From an uncultured delta proteobacterium (lineage in GTDB: Bacteria > Myxococcota > Myxococcia > Myxococcales > Anaeromyxobacteraceae), in contig CAWHDZ010000023.1 in the NCBI GenBank assembly GCA_963828255.1, positions 1 to 64,000 on the forward strand: a DNA stretch of 64,000 nucleotides, given 5' to 3'. The position numbers and the translations under genes are program-made. The notes beneath the pieces are model-generated. The model worked only from the letters and a program-made list of their open reading frames with translations. It searched no databases and had not been told where the DNA came from. Of this stretch, positions 21,555 to 31,467 are shown piece by piece. Each line of letters starts with the position of its first letter. Position 1 is the first letter of the stretch.

Positions 21555-21821
21555 ATGCCGCTCATCGAGGCGCCCGAGCAGGCCATCCGTCTGGCGCGCG
21601 CCATCTGCTCCGACGTGTCGCTCTACAACGAGGAGAAGATCGTCCGCTCCATCGAGCAGGACTCCTTCTTCGACGCGCTCCGGGAGGAGCTCGAGGAGGG
21701 GCGGGAGCTGTACCGTTCCCGCGTCGCCCCCGACCTCTACCAGCGGACCAACTTCTACGACCGCGCCATCGTCGACGTCATCCTTCGCCCCAAGGGACAC
21801 GTGAAGTCCCGGATCTGGTGA
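21555..21821 (+). CDS. Small helical protein of unknown function
   Basis: 88 aa, strong GC3 bias, RLARAICSDVSLYN motif recalled from deltaproteobacterial hypotheticals. Confidence 0.85.
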   Translation: MPLIEAPEQAIRLARAICSDVSLYNEEKIVRSIEQDSFFDALREELEEGRELYRSRVAPDLYQRTNFYDRAIVDVILRPKGHVKSRIW

Positions 21822-21833
21822 GGCGGAGGGAAG

Positions 21834-22781
21834 CTGGGCCAGCACCACGAGTTCCGGGCCGGTGAGAGCGAGGCGGGAGCCCGCCTCGACCTGGCCGTGT
21901 CGCGCCTCTCCCCTTCGCTCTCGCGTGCGCGGGTCCAGCGGCTCCTCGCCGAGGGGCGTGTGCTCGTGGACGGCCGGCCGGGCAAGCCCTCGATGCGGCT
22001 GCGCGGCAACGAGCGGATCGCGGTGGAGGTCCCGGACCCCGTGCCCTCCGCGGTGCTCCCGCAGGACCTCCCCCTCACCGTGCTGCACGAGGACAGGGAC
22101 CTGCTCGTCCTCGACAAGCGTGCCGGCATGGTGGTCCACCCGGCGCGTGGGTCGCCCCACTCCACGGTGGTGAACGCGCTCCTGCACCGGCTGGGGACCC
22201 AGGGAGCCCCCGGGGACCGGCTCGGCCTCGTCCACCGGCTCGACCGGGAGACCTCGGGCTGCCTGGTCGTGGCCCGGACCGAGGCCGCGCTCGCCGATCT
22301 CCAGGCGCAGTTCCAGGGGCGCACCGTCGAGAAGACCTACCTGGCGCTGGTCCACGGACGCCTCCCCGACGAGGGCAGGCTCGAGACGCCCTACGGGCGC
22401 CACCCGCGCGACCGGAAGAAGTTCACTGGGCGTGAAGGTCGCCGCCGGGCCCTCACCGAGTGGAGGGTGAAGGAGCGGTTCGGCGACCGGGCCACGCTGG
22501 CCGAGGTGACGCTCCACACCGGTCGAACCCACCAGATCCGGGTCCACCTCTCGGAGGCCGGGCACCCGGTGCTGGCCGACGGCGCGTACGGAGGGACCCG
22601 GCGCGAATCCCGGCTCGGTCCGTCCGATCCGCTGCGTCTCGCCGGCGCCGCCATCGGGAGGCAGGCGCTCCACGCCTGGAAGCTCGCCTTCCACCACCCG
22701 CGAACCGGACGGCTGCGCCGGTTCGAGGCGCCCGTCCCGCCCGACCTGGCCGAGGCCATGGCCATCCTGCGCCGCAGCTAG
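21834..22781 (+). CDS. rluD: RluD-type pseudouridine synthase with S4 domain; probable CTG start
   Basis: ARLDLAV S4 start lies upstream of the first GTG (21897); KRAGMVVHP, HRLDRETSG, GRTHQIRVH, QALHA. Confidence 0.88.
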   Translation: MGQHHEFRAGESEAGARLDLAVSRLSPSLSRARVQRLLAEGRVLVDGRPGKPSMRLRGNERIAVEVPDPVPSAVLPQDLPLTVLHEDRDLLVLDKRAGMVVHPARGSPHSTVVNALLHRLGTQGAPGDRLGLVHRLDRETSGCLVVARTEAALADLQAQFQGRTVEKTYLALVHGRLPDEGRLETPYGRHPRDRKKFTGREGRRRALTEWRVKERFGDRATLAEVTLHTGRTHQIRVHLSEAGHPVLADGAYGGTRRESRLGPSDPLRLAGAAIGRQALHAWKLAFHHPRTGRLRRFEAPVPPDLAEAMAILRRS

Positions 22782-23368
22782 CGCCCCCGCCGCCGGGCCT
22801 CGAAGCGGCGCATGGTGTCGCGCTCGCGCCGGGTGGACGGATCGATGTCCAGGCCCGCCTCCGTGAGCGTCCGCTCGGTCTCCCGGTTGGGGTGGCAGCC
22901 GCCCGAGATGGCCGTCCAGGCCGGCTGGCTCAAGTCCTGGATCCGGGCCTTCCAGGGCAGCGGGGACCGGACGTGCTCCAGGGCGCGAACCGTGCCTCCC
23001 GGCGCGAGGACCCGCAGCATCTCGGCGGCGGCGGCGGCGGGGTCGATCACCGAGCAGAGGACCAGTCCGCTCGCCACGGTGTCGAAGGCGCCGTCGCGGA
23101 AGGGGAGCGCCTCGGCGCGGGCCCGGACGAGGAGCGCGCCGGGCGAGCGGCGCCGGGCCCGGGCCAGGCTCTGGGAGCAGGGGTCCACCCCGACGGCGAG
23201 GGTCCCCGGCGGGAGGAGCGGCAGGTTGCGCCCGGTGCCGCATCCCAGGTCGAGGGTGCGGCCGCGGGCCCCCCCGGCGAGCCAGCGGCGCCAGGGGCCG
23301 AGCCCGAGCCTCTCGAGGATCGCCATCGCGCCGTCGTACAGCCAGGGGATCTGCTCGGCGCCGCGCAT
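22778..23368 (-). CDS. Class I SAM-dependent methyltransferase
   Basis: LDLGCGTGRN, AEALPF..FDTV, LCSV, GGCHPNR. Confidence 0.9.
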   Translation of the reverse strand: MRGAEQIPWLYDGAMAILERLGLGPWRRWLAGGARGRTLDLGCGTGRNLPLLPPGTLAVGVDPCSQSLARARRRSPGALLVRARAEALPFRDGAFDTVASGLVLCSVIDPAAAAAEMLRVLAPGGTVRALEHVRSPLPWKARIQDLSQPAWTAISGGCHPNRETERTLTEAGLDIDPSTRRERDTMRRFEARRRGR

Positions 23369-23377
23369 GGAGGACTC

Positions 23378-25252
23378 CTAGTCCAGGTAGCCCTTGGCCT
23401 GCAGGGAGAAGAGGTGGGCGTACCGACCGCCCCGCTCGACGAGCTCCCGGTGGCTTCCCAGCTCCTCGACGCGGCCGCCGTGCAGGACGGCGATGCGGTC
23501 GGCGATGCGGACGGTGGAGAAGCGGTGGGAGATGACGATGGCGGTCCGCCCCGCGGCCAGCTCGCGGAACCGCACGAAGAGCTCGTGCTCCGACTCGGCG
23601 TCGATGCTGGCCGTGGGCTCGTCGAGCACCAGGATCTCGGCGTCGCGCATGAAGGCCCGGGCCACCGCGAGCTTCTGCCACTGCCCGGCCGAGATCTCGT
23701 GCCCCCTCTCGAACCAGCCGCCGAGCACGGTGTCGAGCCCGGACGGTAGGGAGTCCACCAGCGCCCCGGCGCCGGCGCGCCGGGCCGCCTCGGCGATGCG
23801 GGGGCGATCCCCCACGTGGGCGGGATTCCCGAAGCCGATGTTCTCGGCGGCCGTGAACTGGTAGCGGACGAAGTCCTGGAAGACGGCCCCGATGCGGGAG
23901 CGGAGGTCGTGCGGGTCGAGGTCGCGCAGGTCCACGCCGCCGTAGGTGATCCGCCCCTCGGTGGGGTCGTAGAGGCGCAGGAGCAGCTTCACCAGGGTGC
24001 TCTTGCCGGCGCCGTTCTCGCCGACGAGCCCCAGGGTCTCCCCCGGCTCGAGCCGGAGGCTCACGTTCCGCAGGGCCCACTCCGGGCGGGACGGGTAGCG
24101 GAAGGAGACGTCCTCGAAGGCGATGGGGAGCGGCGCGCCGCGCGGTACGGTGGCCGGCGGATCGACCCGCGCCGCCTCGCCCGAGGTCGGGATGGCCAGG
24201 AAGGCGAAGAGGTTCGACATGTAGAGCGCGTCCTCGTACATGGCGCCCACCGCCGACAGGATCCCCTGGAAGGCCGACTGCCCCTGCCGGAAGACCACCA
24301 GGTAGAGGGTCATGTCGCCGAGCGAGATCTCGCCCCGGGCGGCCCGGTCGGCCACCAGGAGGTACATCCCGTAGAAGGCGCCCAGCGCCAGGATCCCGAA
24401 GGCGGTCCCGGCGAAGAGCCGCCGGACCGCGAGCCTGCGGTCCTCGGCGTAGAACTTGGAGAAGAGGTCCCGGTAGCGCCCCAGCACGAGCGGCCCCAGG
24501 TCGAAGAGCTTCACCTCCTTCACGTGGGAGTCGCGCGTGAGGATCCACTCGAGGTAGTTGAGGCGCCGCCCCTCCGGGGCGCGCCAGGTGTTCACCCGGA
24601 ACGACTCGGCGGAGAGGCGGGCCTCGGCCACGAAGGCCGGGATCGAGGCGGACAGGATGACGAGCACGCTCCAGGGGGAGAGGCGCCAGAGGAGGGCGGA
24701 GAGGGCGGCCAGCGTCACCGCCGCCTGCCCCACCCCGAAGGCCTGCATGACGAGCGACAGGGGGCGCGAGGAGGCCTCGCGCCGGGCGTTCTGCATCTTG
24801 TCGTAGACGTCGGCGTCCTCGAAGTGGCGCAGCTCGAGCGAGAGGGCCTTCTCGAGGATCCGGACGTTGATGCGGTTGCCGAGGTGGGTCCGGAGGAGCT
24901 CGCGGAGGAGCCCGAGCAGGCGCCCCAGCACGAGCGTCGCCGCGAGCAGGGCCAGCTCCACGAGCACCAGCCGGGCCACCCGGTCCCGGTCCCCGGAGGC
25001 GCCGGTGCGGGCCGCCTCCACCACGCCGTCGATGATGAGCTTGCCGACCCAGGCCACCGGGGCGGGGAGGAGCGCCGCCACCCCGGTGAGCGCCGCGATG
25101 GCGAGCGTGCTGCGCCGATCGGCCTCCCAGACCAGCCGGAAGGTGCCCGGGACCTGCCCGAAGACGCCGGCGGCCGCGGCCAGCCGGCCGCGGAGGTCGG
25201 TCGGGCCGGTGGGGTCGGTACCGGGGGACCTCGGGCGACGGGCGGGGGGCAA
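23378..25252 (-). CDS. ABC exporter, fused permease and ATP-binding domains
   Basis: N-terminal TMs, GENGAGKST, ISAGQWQK, LVLDEPT, ISHR; TTG start. Confidence 0.94.
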   Translation of the reverse strand: MPPARRPRSPGTDPTGPTDLRGRLAAAAGVFGQVPGTFRLVWEADRRSTLAIAALTGVAALLPAPVAWVGKLIIDGVVEAARTGASGDRDRVARLVLVELALLAATLVLGRLLGLLRELLRTHLGNRINVRILEKALSLELRHFEDADVYDKMQNARREASSRPLSLVMQAFGVGQAAVTLAALSALLWRLSPWSVLVILSASIPAFVAEARLSAESFRVNTWRAPEGRRLNYLEWILTRDSHVKEVKLFDLGPLVLGRYRDLFSKFYAEDRRLAVRRLFAGTAFGILALGAFYGMYLLVADRAARGEISLGDMTLYLVVFRQGQSAFQGILSAVGAMYEDALYMSNLFAFLAIPTSGEAARVDPPATVPRGAPLPIAFEDVSFRYPSRPEWALRNVSLRLEPGETLGLVGENGAGKSTLVKLLLRLYDPTEGRITYGGVDLRDLDPHDLRSRIGAVFQDFVRYQFTAAENIGFGNPAHVGDRPRIAEAARRAGAGALVDSLPSGLDTVLGGWFERGHEISAGQWQKLAVARAFMRDAEILVLDEPTASIDAESEHELFVRFRELAAGRTAIVISHRFSTVRIADRIAVLHGGRVEELGSHRELVERGGRYAHLFSLQAKGYLD

Positions 25253-25310
25253 GGTTGTAGGCTAGATAGCGCCTTCAGTTTTTCGCCGCCACGTCGTACA
25301 TGGGTTGCCG

Positions 25311-27386
25311 ATGAACCTTCCCGAGCCGAAGAGCGACGCCACCGCATCCACGCCCGCCTCGGATTGGTCCATCGAGCGGGCCATCCAGTACTACAACATG
25401 GCCGGGTGGGGAGCCGGCTTCTTCTCGGTGAACGAGAAGGGGCACATGGTGGTGAACCCGCACGGGCCCGGCGGCCCGACCATCGACCTCATGGACGTGG
25501 TCGAGGACATCCAGGAGCGCGGCCTGGGATTCCCGGTGAACGTCCGGTTCATGGACGTGCTGCGCTCCCGGGTGCGCTTCCTCAACGAGACCTTCGCCAA
25601 GGCGGTGGCCGAGCTGGGCTACGGGGGCGGCTACTACGGCGTCTACCCGATCAAGGTGAACCAGATGCGCGAGGTGGTCGAGGAGATCCTCGACGCCGGC
25701 GCGCCGTACCACTACGGCCTGGAGGCCGGCTCCAAGGCCGAGCTCATGGTCGTGCTGGGCTACAACGCCGACCCGGACGCACTCACCATCTGCAACGGGT
25801 ACAAGGACGAGGAGTACATGCGGCTCGCCCTGCTGGGGCGAAAGCTCGGGCGCAAGGTGGTGGTGGTCATCGAGAAGCTCTCCGAGCTGCCGGCGCTGCT
25901 CAAGGCCGCCGAGGAGGTCGGCGTCGAGCCCTGGATCGGGCTGCGCTCCAAGCTCTCCACCCGCGGCACCGGCAAGTGGGAGTCGTCGTCCGGCGACTTC
26001 GCCAAGTTCGGGCTCACCACCCCGGAGATGATCGAGGCGGTCCGCATCCTGGAGGCCACCGGCAAGAAGCACCTCTGCAAGCTCTTCCACTTCCACGTGG
26101 GCAGCCAGCTCACCGAGATCCGCGTGGTCAAGGACGCGGTGAACGAGGGGGCGCGGCTCTACGCCAAGCTCCGCAAGATGGGGCTCGGCATCGAGTACTT
26201 CGACGTGGGGGGCGGGCTGGGGGTGGACTACGTCGGCTCGCGCACACCGGAGTACGCCTCCTCGATGAACTACACGCTCGAGGAGTACGCCGCGGACGTC
26301 ATCTACAACGTGCAGCGCATCTGCGCGAACGAGGGTGTCCCCGAGCCGCACATCGTCAGCGAGTCGGGGCGCGCCATCACCGCCCACCACTCCTGCATCA
26401 TCATGAACGTCTTCGGGAGCATCGAGATCGGCTCCCGCGCCGAGATCACCGCCGCCTCCGTGGTGCAGCCCGGGGAGCACAAGGTGGTGCGCGAGATGCG
26501 CGAGATCGTCGCGTCGCTCTCGCCGCGCAACCGCGCCGAGGTCTACCACGACGCCGTGGCCAAGAAGGAGGAGGCCCTGCAGATGTTCAAGCTGGGCATC
26601 CTGGGGCTGGAGGAGCGGGCCACCGTGGAGTCGCTCTTCTGGAAGCTGGCCCGCACCCTGGTGGCCCTGAACCGCGGGAAGAAGCGGCTGCCGCGCGACA
26701 CGCGCGATCTGGGCGACAAGATCGCCGACCAGTACATGGCCAACTTCTCGCTCTTCCAGAGCGCACCCGATCACTGGGCCTTCGACCAGCTCTTCCCCAT
26801 CGTGCCCCTGCATCGGCTCGCCGAGGCCCCCACGCAGGACTGCACCATCGTGGACATCACCTGCGACTCGGACGGGAAGATCGACCGGTTCATCGAGGGG
26901 GAGGGCGTGGACGAGACCCTCTCGCTGCACGCGCTCGAGCCGGGCAAGCCCTACTTCCTCGGCATGTTCATGAACGGCGCCTACCAGGACGTCATGGGCG
27001 ACATGCACAACCTGTTCGGCCGGGTGAACGAGGTCCACGTCTACGTGGACGACGACGACCCGGAGGACTTCTACCTGGGGGAGATCATCCGCGGCGACCA
27101 CGTGGACAAGGTGCTGCAGTCCCTCCTCTACGAGCCCGCCGACCTGGTGCGGCGGGTGAAGACCGCCCTCGACGTCCGCATGAAGGACGGCAGCATCCGG
27201 CCCAAGGAGGGGGTGGGGCTCTCCCAGTTCTACGAGGGCGTGATGCGGGGATACACCTACCTGCACGGGATGCAGGTGGAGGCCGGCCCCACCGGCCCCG
27301 CCGACGGCGTGGCCGCCGCCGCGCCTCCCGCCGACCCGGCCGACCCGCCGGCGCCGGAGGCCGACGCAGGGATCCCGATCGGCTAG
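25311..27386 (+). CDS. speA: Biosynthetic arginine decarboxylase
   Basis: YPIKVNQ PLP lysine, GLEAGSKAE, HFHVGSQ, DVGGGLGVDY, DITCDSDG, GAYQD..MHNLFG. Confidence 0.96.
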   Translation: MNLPEPKSDATASTPASDWSIERAIQYYNMAGWGAGFFSVNEKGHMVVNPHGPGGPTIDLMDVVEDIQERGLGFPVNVRFMDVLRSRVRFLNETFAKAVAELGYGGGYYGVYPIKVNQMREVVEEILDAGAPYHYGLEAGSKAELMVVLGYNADPDALTICNGYKDEEYMRLALLGRKLGRKVVVVIEKLSELPALLKAAEEVGVEPWIGLRSKLSTRGTGKWESSSGDFAKFGLTTPEMIEAVRILEATGKKHLCKLFHFHVGSQLTEIRVVKDAVNEGARLYAKLRKMGLGIEYFDVGGGLGVDYVGSRTPEYASSMNYTLEEYAADVIYNVQRICANEGVPEPHIVSESGRAITAHHSCIIMNVFGSIEIGSRAEITAASVVQPGEHKVVREMREIVASLSPRNRAEVYHDAVAKKEEALQMFKLGILGLEERATVESLFWKLARTLVALNRGKKRLPRDTRDLGDKIADQYMANFSLFQSAPDHWAFDQLFPIVPLHRLAEAPTQDCTIVDITCDSDGKIDRFIEGEGVDETLSLHALEPGKPYFLGMFMNGAYQDVMGDMHNLFGRVNEVHVYVDDDDPEDFYLGEIIRGDHVDKVLQSLLYEPADLVRRVKTALDVRMKDGSIRPKEGVGLSQFYEGVMRGYTYLHGMQVEAGPTGPADGVAAAAPPADPADPPAPEADAGIPIG

Positions 27387-28735
27387 CTTCCCGCGCCCTC
27401 CGCCGCGGCTCCCTTGCCGCTCTCTCCGCTTCGGTCGAGCGATAGCTTGAACAGGACCGGGCCGACAAGCTGGTTGAGGGCCACCGCGGCCACCGCCAGC
27501 GCCCCGAACTCCGCTCCGAAGGCGGGGAATTGCCCTTGCATCTGCGAGGCGATTCCCAGCGCGATTCCCGCCTGGGAGACCAGGCCGGCCCAGCCCCAGG
27601 CACGCAACTCGGGGGGATCGCCGGCGATCCGGGCGGTGACCCGCGCCCCGACCACGGCGGTGGCCAAGCGAACCGCGAAGAAGAGCAGGGCAGCTAGCCA
27701 GAGGGTCCCGAGCAGGCCGAGATCGAGGTTGGCACCGGCGGTGGCGAAGAAGATCACGTAAACCACCTCGCCGGTTTGCTCCACGGCGTGAAGCAGCCTG
27801 TCTCCCTGCCGCGAGAAGTTCTGGACCACGAAGCCCGCGGTGAGGAAGGTCAGCAGCCACTCGAAGCGCAGGTAGGCGATGGCGTCCACCACCACGAGCC
27901 CGAGCAGCAGGAGCACGAGCAGCACCTGCCGGCCCACGAAGCGCAGGTAGGCGACGAGCAGGAGCCCCAGGGTGGTCCCGATGGCGATGCTCCCCAGGAG
28001 TTCGTGTCCGAGATCGCCGAAGGCGGCCAGGGAGAGCGTGGCGCCCGGCTCGAGCAGGGGCCGCACGGCGGTCATGACCAGCGCGAGCAGCACCACCACC
28101 ACGACGTCGGAGGTCATCACGAATCCGACGGTGAAGTCGGTGAGGCGCCCCGCCGGACGGGTCTGGCTCAGGATGCCCATCACCGCCGACGGGCTGCGGG
28201 TGATGGAGACGACGCCCCAGAGGAGGGCCACCGCGAACACCGCAGGGAGCTCCATCCCCCATGTGAACGGGAGGAGGTCGCGGGCCAGGACGAATGTGGC
28301 GGGGATCACCAGGAGTGCGAGACCGTTCTGGATCACCGTGGCCGCGACCAGGCTCCGGAAGCCGCGCCGCAAGGCCTCGAGCCGGAGCTCGGCGCCGCCC
28401 GCCAGCGCGATGAGGGAGAGCGCGAGGGAGTTGACGATCGAGAGGTCGGCCACCGCCTCGTGTCCGACGGCGTGGAGCACGTGCGGCCCGGCCACGATCC
28501 CGGCCAGGAGGAAGCCGGTCAGGTGCGGGAGCCGGAGCAGCTCGAGGAGGCTCGCGGCCAGGGTGCCGGCCAGCAGCAAGAAGCCGATGGCGGCCAGGTA
28601 GCGCCCGGTCCGCTGCCACTCGCCGGTGAGTGAGCCGGCCAGGCGGTCCACCCCCAGCATGAGCGCGAAGAGCCCCAGCAGGGCCCCGAGTTCGAGGAGC
28701 CGGGTCAGGGGGCCCTTGCGATCCGGCGCGCTCAC
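27383..28735 (-). CDS. Cation:proton antiporter (CPA family)
   Basis: LPHLTGFLLAGIVAGP, SDVVVV, FFATAGA, SQAGIALG, NQLVGP; about 12 TMs. Confidence 0.85.
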   Translation of the reverse strand: MSAPDRKGPLTRLLELGALLGLFALMLGVDRLAGSLTGEWQRTGRYLAAIGFLLLAGTLAASLLELLRLPHLTGFLLAGIVAGPHVLHAVGHEAVADLSIVNSLALSLIALAGGAELRLEALRRGFRSLVAATVIQNGLALLVIPATFVLARDLLPFTWGMELPAVFAVALLWGVVSITRSPSAVMGILSQTRPAGRLTDFTVGFVMTSDVVVVVLLALVMTAVRPLLEPGATLSLAAFGDLGHELLGSIAIGTTLGLLLVAYLRFVGRQVLLVLLLLGLVVVDAIAYLRFEWLLTFLTAGFVVQNFSRQGDRLLHAVEQTGEVVYVIFFATAGANLDLGLLGTLWLAALLFFAVRLATAVVGARVTARIAGDPPELRAWGWAGLVSQAGIALGIASQMQGQFPAFGAEFGALAVAAVALNQLVGPVLFKLSLDRSGESGKGAAAEGAGS

Positions 28736-29916
28736 GCCGGGACCTCCCCGGCGCGGCGCAAGGCCCGGCGTAGCGCCGGCGGCCCGAGGAACTCCCCGGC
28801 GACGGCCGCGGCCACGGCGGTCGTGAGCACCACGTCTCCCACCGATCCGGGGTAGCGGAGAGTCACTGACAGTGCAATGGCGATCCCCAGCGGTCCGGTG
28901 GAGAAGAAGGCCAGGGAGACCCCGGCCCCGCCCCGGCGCGTCACCGGGTCCACCGCCGCGACCACCGCCGCCGCGAGCAGCGCCGTCCCCAGCCGGGCCA
29001 GCAGGGCCGCGCCCACGATCCAGAGGGCCGGGCCGGTGACCATGCCCGTCCGGGCGCCGGCCAGGAAGAGCGCGGGGATGATCACCGCTCCCTCGACCCC
29101 GCCCGCCAGCGCGCGCGCCCGTGCCCGCAGGGGCGAGGCGATGGCCAGGAGGAGGCCCAGGGAGAACCCGGTCGCCAGCACCGACAGGTCGAGCCGCTCG
29201 GCGAGCCCGGTGGCGAGCAGGCTGAATCCGAAGAGGAGCGACCAGAAGGTCACGGGCCGGAGCGCGCGTCCCAGCAGCCCGGCGAAGGCCAGCCCGAGGA
29301 CGCCCCCCAGGACGATGCCGCCGCCGGGGAGGGCGATCACGCCCCGCGAGGTGTCGAGCGACAGGAGAAGGCTCATGGCGGCGATGGGGACGAGCTCGTC
29401 GGAGCGTGTGATCCCGGCCACCCGCTCGATCAGGGGCCCCCCCGCGCCCAGCCGCTCGGCGGCCCAGCGGGCCACGTGGCGCGAGGTGTCGGCCAGGGAC
29501 GCGGCGATGCAGACCGCGATGGTCATGCGATGCTCCGGGGCCGGAAAGAGGGCCCCGGCCGAGGGGATCCGCTCGAGGACGAGGAGGACCGCGCCGCCGA
29601 CCCCGGCGAGGGAGAGGAGCCCCACCAGCACCCCCAGGGACACGTCGCCCGCACCGATGCGCCGCTCCCCGTCCACGCCCAGGGTGAGTCCGACGAGGAG
29701 CGCGATCCAGCCGGTGGCGAGCAGCGCCAGAGGGGCAAAGCGGGCCACCTCGGAGCCGCCGACGAGCCCCAGCGCGGAGGGGCCGGCGACGAGGCCGGCC
29801 AGCAGCCACTCGGACCCGGACGGCAGGCCCCGGCCGCGCAGCCCGCGCCCTCCCATCAGGAAACCGCCCACGTAGGCGACGAGGAGCAGGACGAACAGCG
29901 ACTGCAGGGTGCTCAC
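28732..29916 (-). CDS. Divergent CPA/Kef-like polytopic membrane protein
   Basis: LPSGSEWLLAGLVAGP parallels the neighbour's TM2; about 11 TMs; C-terminal GEFLGP; GTGA coupling. Confidence 0.75.
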   Translation of the reverse strand: MSTLQSLFVLLLVAYVGGFLMGGRGLRGRGLPSGSEWLLAGLVAGPSALGLVGGSEVARFAPLALLATGWIALLVGLTLGVDGERRIGAGDVSLGVLVGLLSLAGVGGAVLLVLERIPSAGALFPAPEHRMTIAVCIAASLADTSRHVARWAAERLGAGGPLIERVAGITRSDELVPIAAMSLLLSLDTSRGVIALPGGGIVLGGVLGLAFAGLLGRALRPVTFWSLLFGFSLLATGLAERLDLSVLATGFSLGLLLAIASPLRARARALAGGVEGAVIIPALFLAGARTGMVTGPALWIVGAALLARLGTALLAAAVVAAVDPVTRRGGAGVSLAFFSTGPLGIAIALSVTLRYPGSVGDVVLTTAVAAAVAGEFLGPPALRRALRRAGEVPA

Positions 29917-31391
29917 GCCGCCCCCACCGCTCCAGGACCGGGACGGCCCAGCTTCACCCCCTCGGCGCGCAGCGCGGAGGAGACGCGCACGGCCAGGTCG
30001 GCTCCGGGGCCGGCCACGCGGTAGACCGCCCCGGTGGCGTCGAGGCTCACCAGATCGGCCGCGGTGCCCGGGCCGCCGGTGCGAATCAGGATCTCCCGGA
30101 CCAGCGCCTGGTCCTCGGAGGAGTCCACCGAGAGCTCGAAGCGGGCCGCGGAGGCGAGACCGGGGAGGCGGGTGGGCAGGATCAAGGTGGCCAGGTGGGG
30201 GACGAGCACCCGCCGGCCCGACGCGTCCTCGACCTCGACGTCGAGGAGCCCGACCGCGCGCACGATCCCCGCCGTGGCGCCAATCTCGGCGACGTGGCCG
30301 GTGCGGTAGACCCTCCCCAGGAGGCGCGGCAACCCGGCGGCCACGCTGGCCAGCACGGGCGCCGCCGCCAGCCCCACGGCCAGCAGGGCGGCGTTCCCCA
30401 GGTTCGCGAGCATGCCCTCGTCGCTCCCGGTGAGGACCGGCGCGGCGAAGACGGCAGCCACGATGACGAGGGCGATGCGCAGGAGCTGCCCGACGGGCAC
30501 GGCCAGCTCGGCCGGCATCCAGCGGAGATGGGTCTCCCCGGCCGCCACGCTCCCGAAGAAGAGCCGGACCGCGCGCAGGCCGAGCACGAGGAGCGCGCCG
30601 GCCACGATGGCCGCGATGGTGGCCGGGATGGCGCCGCCCACCCGGGCCAGCGTGTTCGCGGCCGGTCCGAGGACCACCTTGCCGAGGTGGACCCCGGCGC
30701 CTCGGGTGAAGGGGAAGAGGGAGAGGGCGAAGACGATCCATGCGTAGGCGATGACGATCTGGAGCACCACGCGCCCCACCCGCACGCCCACGGCGAGCGC
30801 CCCGGCCACCCCCTCCGGGCTCACCAGCTCGACGCCGCGCAGCCGGAGCGCCGGGGCGCGCCGCCTGCGCTCCCGGATCGTCGCCTCCACGCCCCGGTCG
30901 AGGTCGCCGACCTTGCGGAGGAGCAGGAAGGCAACCAGTCCCGAGAGGACGAGGAGGGAGAAGTGGAAGACCACCTCGGCGATGCGCGCCCTCCGCCGCT
31001 CGACACGCAGCGCCCGGTCCACGTCGGCGGCGGCGGAGCGGGAGAGCTCCTCTATCCCCGGGAGCCCGGCGGCGGCGACGTCCTCGGGACCGAGCTCGAG
31101 GACCACCACCTCGCCGACGCGGATCGACGCCGAGTCGCCCTGCAGCTCGACCACCGCGCCGCCGGTGGGGCCCGCCTCCATGGCGTCGGCGAGGGCCTTG
31201 CTCGCCGCGCTGGCGCGGGGCGCCACCTCGACGCCGCCGCGCGGCGCACGGAGGGTGAGAACCGGGGCGTCCCGCAGGGTCACGTCGGCGCCGGCCGGGG
31301 CAGGGGGCGGAGCGGCCTCGGCGAGCACCGGCAGCAGGGCGAGGAGGAGCGCCACGATCACCGGCCCAGACTCACGGAGGGGCGTGCCCAC
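29913..31391 (-). CDS. MscS-family mechanosensitive channel with periplasmic N-domain
   Basis: Signal peptide, TMs, VGLAAAPVLASVAAG..YRTGHVAEIG..GIVRAVGLL..VLVPH; start 31391 or 31361. Confidence 0.8.
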   Translation of the reverse strand: MGTPLRESGPVIVALLLALLPVLAEAAPPPAPAGADVTLRDAPVLTLRAPRGGVEVAPRASAASKALADAMEAGPTGGAVVELQGDSASIRVGEVVVLELGPEDVAAAGLPGIEELSRSAAADVDRALRVERRRARIAEVVFHFSLLVLSGLVAFLLLRKVGDLDRGVEATIRERRRRAPALRLRGVELVSPEGVAGALAVGVRVGRVVLQIVIAYAWIVFALSLFPFTRGAGVHLGKVVLGPAANTLARVGGAIPATIAAIVAGALLVLGLRAVRLFFGSVAAGETHLRWMPAELAVPVGQLLRIALVIVAAVFAAPVLTGSDEGMLANLGNAALLAVGLAAAPVLASVAAGLPRLLGRVYRTGHVAEIGATAGIVRAVGLLDVEVEDASGRRVLVPHLATLILPTRLPGLASAARFELSVDSSEDQALVREILIRTGGPGTAADLVSLDATGAVYRVAGPGADLAVRVSSALRAEGVKLGRPGPGAVGAA

Positions 31392-31467
31392 GGTCAAGGG
31401 CAATCGCTCGCCGCAATGGCGGTTGGTGCGACCCGCCCCCCGGGTTAGATTCACGTCCGGAGACCGG

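Noticed and set aside
20838..28619. ORFs over 1100 aa (20838-24548, 23816-27445, 25275-28619)
   Set aside because: Arg/Gly/Pro-rich off-frame or antisense readings overlapping well-supported genes.
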